Source: Elainellaceae cyanobacterium
Lineage (GTDB): Bacteria; Cyanobacteriota; Cyanobacteriia; CAZCXK01
DNA: 28,936 nt
Direction of reading: 5' to 3'
NCBI GenBank assembly: GCA_051117555.1
Contig: JBNPEG010000143.1
Span: 1 to 28,936 of the forward strand
Below are positions 18,160 through 27,204 of this stretch, piece after piece. Every line of letters starts with the position of its first letter. The first letter of the stretch is position 1. Both the position numbers and the translations under genes were made by a program. The notes below the pieces were generated by a model that saw only the letters and a program-made list of their open reading frames with translations, ran no database searches and was not told the origin of the DNA.

Positions 18160-18173
18160 AGAACAGGTGTACC
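18160..18173 (-). promoter_or_regulatory. Cyanobacterial LexA box upstream of lexA
   Basis: Minus strand GGTACACCTGTTCT fits RGTAC-NNND-GTWCB exactly, 50 bp upstream of the lexA ATG. Confidence 0.85.
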
Positions 18174-18263
18174 ATTAAATTACACCAAATGTCTAGTCCT
18201 TTTTCCTAAATTCTTTACGGAAATTAACTAATGCCAGATCTATCAGAATTCGTGATGGATTCA

Positions 18264-21200
18264 TTAAGAACTCAGGTGATTTTCAATGCGCGCCTCGGCT
18301 TCATGGGCGATCGCCCTCAATTGGTCAAGCGTACTCGTTTCGACGACATTCCAAAGCCCTCGCTGATGAGCTTCTAGGAGGCGTTCTGCCATATCTCGCA
18401 ACGCCCAGGGGTTTTTCTCTCGTACGAACGCTTGAACGCTCGAATCAAGCACATAGGTTTGGGCAATACCTTGATACATATGGTCTTCGACGCAGTTTGC
18501 AGTTGCATCGTAGGCAAACAAATAATCGACTGTAGCAGATAGCTCAAAGGCTCCCTTATAGCCGTGGCGCATGATGCCTGCGATCCATTTAGGATTCACG
18601 ACGCGCGATCGATAGACGCGGGCAATCTCTTCCCGGAGCTGACGAATGCGGGGACGAGCCGGAAGAGAATGATCGCCAAAATAGGTCGCCGGATTTTTGC
18701 CCTGGAGGACGCGCGCAGCCGCCGTCATGCCACCTTGAAACTGATAGTAATCATCTGAATCTAGTAAATCGTGTTCTCGATTGTCCTGATTGTGGAGCAC
18801 GATTTGCAGTTCATCGAGACGACGCTGGAAGGCATCGGGTGCTGCCCGCCCATCCTGCTCGCCAGTGTAGGCATAGCTGCTCCAGTTGATATAGGCACGA
18901 GCTAGATCGCCATCATCTGACCAATTTTGCGATTCAATCAGCCCTTGCAGCCCTGCACCATATGCTCCTGGTTTAGAGCCAAAGACGCGGTAGCGAGCTT
19001 GACGCATCGCTTGCTCTAAAGGCAGTCCGGCGGTGTGTAGACGTTGGCCATCTCGATTCACGTGGGTTGCTAGAGGGTTTTGATCGGCTGGCTCATCGAG
19101 TGCCGCGACTGCTTCAACGGCTTGATGAACAAGGCTAATCAAGTGGCTAAACGCATCTCTGAAAAATCCAGAAATGCGTAGCGTCACATCCACACGAGGG
19201 CGACCGAGCACCGACACCGGCAAAATTTCGAAGTCTATCACCCGACGCGACAAGCCGTCCCAGACGGGGCGTACGCCTAGCAGGGCTAAGGCTTCTGCAA
19301 TGTCGTCCCCGCCTGTGCGCATGGTGGAGGTTCCCCAGACCGAAAGCCCTAGCGTTTTAGGATAGTCACCGTGTTCTTGGGTATATCTCTCGATTAGGGC
19401 GTCTGCGGCTCTGCGACCCACATCCCACGCGCTTTCAGTAGGAATCGATCGAATGTCCACCGAGTAAAAATTGCGTCCGGTCGGCAACACATCCGAGCGT
19501 CCTCGGGTGGGTGCGCCTGACGCTCCGCTAGGCACATAGCCTCCATCCAACCCGCTCAGCAGATGGGTGATTTCCTGAGACGTGCGTTGCAGGGCAGGGA
19601 GCAGAAAGGTGTCAATCCAATGGAGTTCGTGCTCAGTGGCGGCACCAATGCCCCAAAATGAATCATTTGAATAGAGACTTCCTAGACAGGCATCAGTATG
19701 GACATCGTTAAAAGATCCATCCTTAGGGACAGGAGAATCTTTCTGCCATGTGCCGTCGATGAGTATTCGGTCAATCAGAGCGGCGGCGTAGTCTTCCAAT
19801 ACTTCGACTAGATCGCCCACTGTTCGACAGGTATCGAGATTGATGGGGATGTCGGGCGATCGCCCCTTTCTACCTATCTCTCCCATTAATGGCTGTGCCG
19901 GATCATCGGTTAGCGGATTAATGCCGAGGTGCCAGTCGTCTGCGATCGCACAGGTCAACCCCTTGCGGCCATTGCTTGGATGACGGGCGATCGCCACGAT
20001 TAAGTCTCGTAACTGACGCCCTGACGGGCATTGCCCCAAGATGTGTAATCCGTCTCGAATCTGGGCTTCTTTGAGTTCGCAGAGATAGCCGTCTGCCAGG
20101 GTAAGAAGTTGGGTGAAGTTGGAGGAAGAAGGTTGGAAAGCAGGGATGCTGGGTTCGCGCGTCTGCACGTCTACAAACGGGTCGGTATCGCTTTGGGGCG
20201 CTCTGTTTTCTAAATCGTGATAAAGGTTTTCCTGGAGAACACGCTTAAGAATGCGATCGCGAATCATGGGAAGGCGAGTCGGGTCTAGATTTTGGGCCTC
20301 ATAGTATTCATCAATCAAATGTTCGAGCTGCTGAAGCGGACCGTATAACTCAGCCCGTGTCATGGGAGGCGTGAGGTGATCCAGGATAACGGCCTGGGCG
20401 CGGCGTTTTGCCTGGGCTCCTTCCCCCGGGTCATTCACGATAAAGGGATAAAAATGGGGCATAGCGCCGAGGGCAACTTCGGGATAACACGACTGAGAAA
20501 GGGCAATGCCTTTGCCTGGGAGCCATTCGAGATTGCCGTGCTTTCCCACATGGACAATTGCATGGGCATCGAAGCGATCGCGCAGCCAGCAATAGAAAGC
20601 TAGATACTCGTGGGTGGGTTCTAAGTCCGGCGAATGGTAGTTGAGCGCCGGATCGCGATCGTAGCCGCGTGACGGCTGAATGCCGACGAAGACATTGCCA
20701 AATTGAAGACCTGGAATGGGAAAGGGAGGATGTAGAGAGTGATTGGAAAGACACGAATCGTTCATCCCATGCGTGCTAGTCTCTGTATTCCAGCGATCGC
20801 CAATACCCCGCTGTACCGCATCTGGAAGCGTTTGGAAGTAGCGCCAGTAGTCATCGCCAGAGAGAAATTGGTGAACAGGACGCAGATTTTGAGCTTCCGG
20901 ATCATTCGTGATTGCTTGCGTTAGTTGGTGAATCAGCGCATCCCCAGAATCGGGAATGTTATTAACCTGGTATCCGGCTTTCTGTAAGGCATTGAGAATC
21001 TCCACACAGCTTGCGGGCGTATCTAGTCCTACTCCATTGGCGAGGCGACCATCCCGAGTTGGATAGTTAGCAAGAATTAAGGCAATGCGCTTTTCTGACG
21101 GCGGGGTTTGTGCAAGGCGTGCCCATCGGCAGGCTAGATCGGCAACAAATTGGATGCGATCGCCCACGGGTTCATAGACGACAACATCGGTTTCTAGCGC

Positions 21201-22268
21201 CGCATTTCGCACTTGGACCGTCTTAAAGGACACAGCGCGGCTGATGATGCGCCCATCGACTTCTGGTAGCGCCACATTCATAGCGATATCGCGAGGTGCT
21301 AATCCTTGCCACTGATTCAACCACTGATCGTGAGTGCCGCTACTTAAAATAACCTGGATCACGGGCACGTTTAATGTCTGCCAAAACTCGACATTAACGG
21401 TTTCTGAATTCAGTTTGGCAAGTGAAAAACTGGTGGTGTTGAGCAAGACTTGAATCGAAGCACCCTGCTCGGAGCGCCATGCCGTCAAGATATCGTCTTG
21501 AGCATCGCGATCGCGCAGTGATGAGACAAACATCGGAACGGGCTCCAAGCCCCGACGATGCAGGGCATCACAAAGCGCATCAATCGGAGCCGTATTCCCA
21601 GAAAGATAGTGAGATCGATAGAAGAGAACCCCCACTCTAGATTGCGTGGTAGCAGACCTTAGGGGGCGATCGCTGAGAGGGTTAGCAGTAGCCCCTGCAT
21701 GACGCAGTCCTGATTTTTGCCAGCGATAAACCCCAACACGCGGCACCGATTGCGGTGGATGAGTAGCATACTTTGTTCCTAGACACGCATTGGCGACCCA
21801 TTGAAGGGCATGGGTCATATTCTCAATTCCTCCCTCCGTCAAATATTGCCAGAGGGTATTGACCACCGACAGTGCAACAGTAGAATGGCTGGTTAAATCA
21901 GGATCAGGGCGATCGTCTCCGGGCAGCACGAGGAGAGACGCACCCGTGTGTTGGACGGTTTGTTTAACAACTTCGAGCCCATACGACCAGTAAGCGCGAC
22001 CGCCTAGCAGCCTCAACACGACGACCCGAGCGTGACGAACCACATCCTCTAGGTACGTATCGATGGTGAGTTCTTGCTGAAGGGATAGCAGATTGGCCAC
22101 GCGCAATGCCGGAAACCCGTCTGGCAAACCTTGGACAGCACTGGCTAGGGTTTGAATATCGGTGTCAGCAGACGTCAGAAAAACAATAGGAGCAGGAGTT
22201 TGATCGATAAAGACGACTCCATCTTGATCAGGAGTCCAGCCTCCAGGGGTAGCCGATAAACGATGCAT
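18264..22268 (-). CDS. cobN: Cobaltochelatase subunit CobN
   Basis: MHRLSATPGGW start, ALPEVDGR, GKHGNLEWLPGK, VNDPGEG, LPTGRNFY, WGTSTMRTGGDD, HDLLDSDDYYQ, NPKWI…HGYKG. 1334 aa. Confidence 0.96.
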   Translation of the reverse strand: MHRLSATPGGWTPDQDGVVFIDQTPAPIVFLTSADTDIQTLASAVQGLPDGFPALRVANLLSLQQELTIDTYLEDVVRHARVVVLRLLGGRAYWSYGLEVVKQTVQHTGASLLVLPGDDRPDPDLTSHSTVALSVVNTLWQYLTEGGIENMTHALQWVANACLGTKYATHPPQSVPRVGVYRWQKSGLRHAGATANPLSDRPLRSATTQSRVGVLFYRSHYLSGNTAPIDALCDALHRRGLEPVPMFVSSLRDRDAQDDILTAWRSEQGASIQVLLNTTSFSLAKLNSETVNVEFWQTLNVPVIQVILSSGTHDQWLNQWQGLAPRDIAMNVALPEVDGRIISRAVSFKTVQVRNAALETDVVVYEPVGDRIQFVADLACRWARLAQTPPSEKRIALILANYPTRDGRLANGVGLDTPASCVEILNALQKAGYQVNNIPDSGDALIHQLTQAITNDPEAQNLRPVHQFLSGDDYWRYFQTLPDAVQRGIGDRWNTETSTHGMNDSCLSNHSLHPPFPIPGLQFGNVFVGIQPSRGYDRDPALNYHSPDLEPTHEYLAFYCWLRDRFDAHAIVHVGKHGNLEWLPGKGIALSQSCYPEVALGAMPHFYPFIVNDPGEGAQAKRRAQAVILDHLTPPMTRAELYGPLQQLEHLIDEYYEAQNLDPTRLPMIRDRILKRVLQENLYHDLENRAPQSDTDPFVDVQTREPSIPAFQPSSSNFTQLLTLADGYLCELKEAQIRDGLHILGQCPSGRQLRDLIVAIARHPSNGRKGLTCAIADDWHLGINPLTDDPAQPLMGEIGRKGRSPDIPINLDTCRTVGDLVEVLEDYAAALIDRILIDGTWQKDSPVPKDGSFNDVHTDACLGSLYSNDSFWGIGAATEHELHWIDTFLLPALQRTSQEITHLLSGLDGGYVPSGASGAPTRGRSDVLPTGRNFYSVDIRSIPTESAWDVGRRAADALIERYTQEHGDYPKTLGLSVWGTSTMRTGGDDIAEALALLGVRPVWDGLSRRVIDFEILPVSVLGRPRVDVTLRISGFFRDAFSHLISLVHQAVEAVAALDEPADQNPLATHVNRDGQRLHTAGLPLEQAMRQARYRVFGSKPGAYGAGLQGLIESQNWSDDGDLARAYINWSSYAYTGEQDGRAAPDAFQRRLDELQIVLHNQDNREHDLLDSDDYYQFQGGMTAAARVLQGKNPATYFGDHSLPARPRIRQLREEIARVYRSRVVNPKWIAGIMRHGYKGAFELSATVDYLFAYDATANCVEDHMYQGIAQTYVLDSSVQAFVREKNPWALRDMAERLLEAHQRGLWNVVETSTLDQLRAIAHEAEARIENHLSS

Positions 22269-22588
22269 AGGTGCTTTTCGCCAACTATCACAAGATCCTT
22301 TAGATTACCGTATCTAGAAAGCAAGCAAGATACTATAAACAATCAGATAGTTTCAGCCTTGGGCCTTTGCAGCATCATTAGTGGAATGAGTATCATCTCG
22401 CACATGACAGGTGCTGCTATCAGATTAAATCACTCTTTGGCAGTAGATAATCCTCGGATTAATCGCCGACTTTTAAACCGTGTCTGGCTCAAAATTTAGA
22501 CCGTTTACTCAGACGCACGATCGGTTTTAGACAGCGTTTAAGTCAGTAGGAATCAAGGCTGGACTGGGCAATCACACCTTGATGCGAC

Positions 22589-24307
22589 ATGCTTTCCTTC
22601 GACTTCTCCACCCTTCACCGCCAGAGCATATCAACTGCTGTCCTTGAGCGGCTGTATCGTGTGTGCCGTGAAATGTCTGACGATATCGGAGCGGTTACGC
22701 ATGTATTGTGTGACGAAAATTTTGCGCTCCGTGACTCAGCGTCTGCTAATGTTGCGCCTAGGCGATTTATGATCCTGGTTTCTAGACCGTTCAGCGTTTT
22801 GCTGCTCGGCAATCCAAGTCGGCATGAATCGAGTCATTCATCGTCGCTAGACTCAAACTCATACTGGTTAAATATCGTTTTTAAGCCGGATCAAATTGTT
22901 TCGTTTCTAGACCAACTCATTTCTCATACGCAGCCTAATTCAACTCTACGATCTCTTCTGCATCAGGCTAAGGAGATCCCTCAATTCAATGATGTCCGGT
23001 TTCAAGAACAATTTACGCTCAAGCTAATCGGCTGTTTGGCTGATGGATCTAGCGTTCAGTCTGGGTTGGCACCGTCGTCCTTTCTCGAGCCAAGCATTAT
23101 CGAGCGCACTCAAGAACTGAAAGATGCCATGATTGCGGCTGAATCCGCAAGCCGTGCCAAAAGCGAATTCTTGTCCGCGATGAGTCATGAATTACGGACA
23201 CCATTGACCTACATCATTGGCATGTCAGCGACCTTGATGCGCTGGTCGTTCGATGATCGAAATAGCATGTCAAAATCCCAGCAGCAGAGCTATTTGCAGC
23301 ATATTCACGATCGCGGCGAGCACTTGCTAGAGCTGATTAACAACATTCTAGATTTATCTCAGTTGGAGTCGGGAAAAGCAAGCTTAAACCTTCAAGAATT
23401 TTCGTTATCTCGCCTAGCTCAGCGATGTTTAAAGGACAGCGAGACGAGCGCAACCCAGAAGGATATCAAGCTCAAGCTCGACGTGCAGCTTGCTCCAGAC
23501 TGCGATCGCACGGTGGCTGACCCGCGTCGAATTCGGCAGATTCTACTCAATCTGTTGAGTAATGCCATTAAATTTACCAATGAAAAAGGTGAGGTGACAC
23601 TCAGCATCCTTGCAGATGATGAGATGACGAAAATTCGGGTCAAAGATACCGGAATCGGCATCTCCGCAGAGCAGCGATCGCTCGTGTTTCAGAAGTTTCA
23701 GCAACTCGACTCATCTTATCAGCGCCAATATGAAGGGGCAGGTTTGGGATTAGCGCTGACCAAACAGCTTGCAGAACTTCACGGTGGATGGATCGATTTT
23801 GACTCAACGGAAAGGGTAGGAACGGTCTTTACGGTTGGGATACCTAGGCGATCGCTGATGGTAAGCCCGCCAGAGCCCAAATCAGAAGTCGTGGCGATAT
23901 CAGACTATCCCAAAGGGAGCATCATTGTGGTGGAGAGCCATGAAGAAACGGCGTATCTGATTTCCGATATGCTTACGGCTGCTGGCTACCAAGTTGTTTG
24001 GGTCTTAGATGGCTCTACCGCAATTAATCAAATTGATATTCTTCAACCGATTCTTGCAATTACTGCCATGCGCTTACCTGACACGGATGGATGTGACCTG
24101 GTTCATCAACTTCGTCAAAACCCCTCAACTAAAAAACTCAAAATTATTGCACTGACTGAAGCGCATCGTCCGCAGGATCAACAATTAGCCAATACGTCAG
24201 GAGCGGATGGCGTAATCATTAAGCCAATTCAACCTGACGAACTGCTTCGGAAAATTGATCTGTTGATGACTCCAACCGACAAGATGAACGAATCGCGATC
24301 GCCCTGA
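22589..24307 (+). CDS. cikA: CikA-like histidine kinase with pseudo-receiver, apparently lacking the GAF domain
   Basis: CikA-type N-terminal region (RFMILVSRPFSVLLLG…IVFKPDQIVSFLDQL), H-box SHELRTPLTYIIGMSATL, intact N/G1/F/G2 boxes. Receiver has Ala (AITAMRLP) at the phospho-Asp position. Confidence 0.75.
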   Translation: MLSFDFSTLHRQSISTAVLERLYRVCREMSDDIGAVTHVLCDENFALRDSASANVAPRRFMILVSRPFSVLLLGNPSRHESSHSSSLDSNSYWLNIVFKPDQIVSFLDQLISHTQPNSTLRSLLHQAKEIPQFNDVRFQEQFTLKLIGCLADGSSVQSGLAPSSFLEPSIIERTQELKDAMIAAESASRAKSEFLSAMSHELRTPLTYIIGMSATLMRWSFDDRNSMSKSQQQSYLQHIHDRGEHLLELINNILDLSQLESGKASLNLQEFSLSRLAQRCLKDSETSATQKDIKLKLDVQLAPDCDRTVADPRRIRQILLNLLSNAIKFTNEKGEVTLSILADDEMTKIRVKDTGIGISAEQRSLVFQKFQQLDSSYQRQYEGAGLGLALTKQLAELHGGWIDFDSTERVGTVFTVGIPRRSLMVSPPEPKSEVVAISDYPKGSIIVVESHEETAYLISDMLTAAGYQVVWVLDGSTAINQIDILQPILAITAMRLPDTDGCDLVHQLRQNPSTKKLKIIALTEAHRPQDQQLANTSGADGVIIKPIQPDELLRKIDLLMTPTDKMNESRSP

Positions 24308-24350
24308 TTAGTCAGCTTTCAGGTATTATCAGCACGTTCGTCGGTTTTGG

Positions 24351-25067
24351 ATGACGGGGGAGTTTATGATGCCTATGCCTGATGCGATTTATGCCATTCG
24401 TCGAGGACTGGTTGTCTCGTGCCAAGCCCCGGTCGAATCACCCTTGCATGATGCTAATGTAATTGCGGCGATCGCCCAAGCCGCAATCAAGCAGGGAGCC
24501 GTAGGCGTTCGCATTGATACCCCTGACCACGTCAGAGCAGTGCGAACCCGACTGAGCGCTCCCATTATTGGTCTATGGAAGCGACAGTTTGACGATTCTG
24601 AGGTCTATATCACGCCTCAGTTTGAACACGCCAGGGCGATCGCAGAGGCAGGTGCCGATATTATCGCCATCGATGCGACCCTGCGACCGCGTCCTGATGG
24701 TGAAAAAATGGCAGATCTAATTCAACGCATCCACGCTGAGCTAGACAAACCCGTCATGGCAGATATTGATACGATAGATGCCGCGATCGCGGCGGCTGAG
24801 GCAGGGGCAGACTTGGTTGGCACAACTCTCTATGGCTACACGGCAGATACCCGGCAGTGCGCTCCTCCCGGATGGGAAGTGCTGGCTGAGATGAGTCAAC
24901 GGCTCAGCGTGCCAATGATTTGTGAGGGTGGCATTTCGTCATCAGAAATGGCTCGTAAGGCGTTAGAACTCGGTGCATATGCGGTTGTAGTAGGCACAGC
25001 CATCACAGGAATTGATTCCCATGTGAAAACATTTGTCGATGCCATAGCTCAGGTCAGTGAAGGTTGA
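24351..25067 (+). CDS. nanE: N-acetylmannosamine-6-phosphate 2-epimerase
   Basis: GLVVSCQA, PIIGLWK, VYITP, IIAIDAT-x-RPRP, MADI, VGTTLYGYT, EGGI, VVVGTAIT. Exact start among ATGs 24351/24367-region uncertain. Confidence 0.93.
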   Translation: MTGEFMMPMPDAIYAIRRGLVVSCQAPVESPLHDANVIAAIAQAAIKQGAVGVRIDTPDHVRAVRTRLSAPIIGLWKRQFDDSEVYITPQFEHARAIAEAGADIIAIDATLRPRPDGEKMADLIQRIHAELDKPVMADIDTIDAAIAAAEAGADLVGTTLYGYTADTRQCAPPGWEVLAEMSQRLSVPMICEGGISSSEMARKALELGAYAVVVGTAITGIDSHVKTFVDAIAQVSEG

Positions 25068-25123
25068 GAACTCTATGCCAAGTCGCATAAAAGCAACACG
25101 TATAATTGAAGAATTGCAAGTGC

Positions 25124-25248
25124 TTAGTGGTGTGACATGCCTGAAATAGTGCAAATTCTTAAAGGGCTGAATCTCTTGAATCCGGCGCGTTACGCTGCGC
25201 TAACGACACCCTACCTAATGCACAATTTTAGCTGTGCCACGCCACTTG
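25124..25248. mobile_element. MITE-like element, family D (AGTGGYGTGRCA ends) enclosing a GTAG REP-like hairpin
   Basis: Left end TAGTGGTGTGACATGCCTGAAATAGTGCA, right end reverse complement AAGTGGCGTGGCACAGCTAAAATTGTGCA. Core at 25184-25214 GGCGCGTTACGCTGCGCTAACGACACCCTAC. Confidence 0.75.
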
Positions 25249-25262
25249 TGTAAGAGCGAAAA

Positions 25263-25348
25263 CTATAGCGGTATGCGCTTGGGTTAAGTACGGTGGTGTG
25301 CGGCGCGCCGTACACCACCGTACTTAACCCAAGCGCATATTGCTATAA
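25263..25348. mobile_element. MITE-like element, family C, copy 2 (near-perfect 84-bp palindrome)
   Basis: TATAGCGGTATGCGCTTGGGTTAAGTACGGTGGTGTGCGGCG|CGCCGTACACCACCGTACTTAACCCAAGCGCATATTGCTATA. Confidence 0.9.
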
Positions 25349-25618
25349 CTAGACTATTTATTCCAGAAAAATTACAATCAGGATATACAGACTGTAATGA
25401 TGGGCGATCGCCTCGTGTCCACATTAGCCATTCAACCACTATAGCGAAGCGCAGATTTTGAGATTTTGAGAATAGATGAGATTCACGGGTTTTGAATGGG
25501 CTATGTTGGATATGCCCCCAGATAATCACAGTAGATATGTAAGAGATAGTTGAGGCGATCGCCAAAACATTGGCATTGTTTCCTGTACTAACACATGGTT
25601 CGAGTTGGCTAATTCACG

Positions 25619-26200
25619 ATGGCACGGCATAAAGAGTTTGACCGCGATGATGTTCTCGAAAAAGCAATGGAAATGTTCTGGTACAAGGGGTATGAAGCAA
25701 CCTCTGTTCAGGATTTAATCAACTGCATGGGCATCAATCGAGGAAGTCTCTACGATACGTTTGGGGACAAGCATTCACTGTTTTTAGCGGCACTCGATCG
25801 CTATCGCGATTCAAAAGTCAATGAACGATTGAAAGTCTTAGAGCGATCGCAGTCTGGGTTAGAGGCGATTCGGCAATTTTTTTATGAAATGGTTGAGATT
25901 CGAACCACGGGTCAAGGCTGCCAAGGCTGCTTGATGGTCAATTCGCTGGTCGAACTTGCTCTCCACGACGACGAGGCAGCGGGTCGCGTCGCGTCTCATG
26001 CCACGCGGCTTGAAGAGGCATTTTATCGAGCACTGATGCGGGCTCGCAAACACGGTGAAATTAGCGAGAAGAAAAATTTGCGGGCGATCGCTCGATTCCT
26101 AGCCAACAGCATTAACGGTATCTGCGTGATGGCAAAAATCTCTCCTGATGTTCACGCCCTCAAGGACGTAGCCGACGTGAGTCTTTCGGTATTGAATTAG
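25619..26200 (+). CDS. TetR/AcrR family regulator (ComR/NemR-like)
   Basis: MARHKEFD…FWYKGYEATS…MGINRGSLYDTFGDKHSLF HTH, GCLMVNS motif. Confidence 0.95.
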   Translation: MARHKEFDRDDVLEKAMEMFWYKGYEATSVQDLINCMGINRGSLYDTFGDKHSLFLAALDRYRDSKVNERLKVLERSQSGLEAIRQFFYEMVEIRTTGQGCQGCLMVNSLVELALHDDEAAGRVASHATRLEEAFYRALMRARKHGEISEKKNLRAIARFLANSINGICVMAKISPDVHALKDVADVSLSVLN

Positions 26201-26221
26201 GCTCATTCGTAATTGTTTCGA

Positions 26222-26333
26222 TTAGTACAAGACGGCGGACATTTCATACCCACAGGGCGGGCGTCGCGCTCACGTCGCGAGCAAGATGCCCGCACTCTTA
26301 ACTGGTTGGCTTACTTCTGTCAGACAGTACTAG
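26222..26333. mobile_element. MITE-like element, family A, copy 2 (inverted relative to 1943-2052)
   Basis: Reverse complement CTAGTACTGTCTGACAGAAGTAAGCCAACCAG…GCGGGCATCTTGCTCGCGACGTGAGCG…GGGTATGAAATGTCCGCCGTCTTGTACTAA aligns with copy 1. Confidence 0.85.
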
Positions 26334-26468
26334 AGCGATCGCGCTGCAACAGCACCTCCGGCAGATTAGAAGTTGCTGAGATTTATTGACCATTCATTCT
26401 AAAACCATCTAACGTTATCGTGAATGGAAATATCGTGAGTGGAAAGCGAGCGGATAATTTTGGTTATT

Positions 26469-26487
26469 TTTGGAACATTTGTTCAAA
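26469..26487. promoter_or_regulatory. Palindromic operator candidate upstream of the peroxiredoxin-like gene
   Basis: TTTGGAACATTTGTTCAAA near-palindrome just upstream of the AGGAGG RBS. An adjacent TetR gene is present. Confidence 0.55.
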
Positions 26488-26508
26488 TTAGAAAAGAAGG
26501 AGGTGTCA

Positions 26509-27165
26509 GTGAGTTTGAATCAGCGCATTGCCGAGCTAAGAGCCGAAAACCAGGCAAAAATTCCGGCAGAATTTCGTACGGTCATGGCCCAAGCCACCGA
26601 AGACTTGGCAACATCTGGGATTCTTGACCAGGTGCGTCGAGAGGGCGATCGCATTCCAGAGATTACATTGCCCAACGCTGTCGGCAAATCGATTCGAGTC
26701 CAAGATTTATTAGCCCATGGCCCCGTCGTGATTTCGTTTTACCGGGGAGAGTGGTGTCCTTACTGCAACCTTGAACTGCGAGCCCTTCAGCAAGCCCTGC
26801 CTGATATTCAAGCTCAGGGTGCGACCTTAGTTGCAATTTCTCCTGAAACGCCTGACCATTCTCTATCAGCATCTGAAAAACATGAATTGACCTTTGAAGT
26901 CCTCAGCGATGTCGGCAATCAGGTTGCCCGCGAATTTGGCTTAGTCTTCAAGATCTCACCGGAATTGCTACCCATCTATGAGAAGTTCGGCATCGATATT
27001 GCTGCCCATAACGGCGATGAGTCCTACGAACTTCCGATTCCTGCCACCTATGTCGTGGATCGAAATGGAACAATCGTTCACGCATTTGTCGACGCTGACT
27101 ATACCCAACGGTTAGAGCCAGCCGAAATCATTGAGGCGCTGACGCAAATTAGAGCAGTTGTGTAG
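26509..27165 (+). CDS. Peroxiredoxin-like AhpC/TSA family protein
   Basis: GPVVISFYRGEWCPYCNLEL (CxxC), VAISPE, VLSDVGN, LPIPATYV, DYTQRLEP. GTG at 26509 follows AGGAGG. Confidence 0.93.
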   Translation: MSLNQRIAELRAENQAKIPAEFRTVMAQATEDLATSGILDQVRREGDRIPEITLPNAVGKSIRVQDLLAHGPVVISFYRGEWCPYCNLELRALQQALPDIQAQGATLVAISPETPDHSLSASEKHELTFEVLSDVGNQVAREFGLVFKISPELLPIYEKFGIDIAAHNGDESYELPIPATYVVDRNGTIVHAFVDADYTQRLEPAEIIEALTQIRAVV

Positions 27166-27204
27166 CAACTATTGCAAGAGAGCGACAGTGTTTAATAGTA
27201 TTTA

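Noticed and set aside
18167..18184. NtcA-like site near the lexA promoter
   Set aside because: Spacing is GTA-N9-TAC rather than N8, and the LexA box explains the sequence better.
22269..22588. Cobalamin riboswitch upstream of cobN, and ORF 22263-22499
   Set aside because: No B12-box or conserved riboswitch motifs recognised. The ORF has no recognisable features and overlaps the divergent promoter region.
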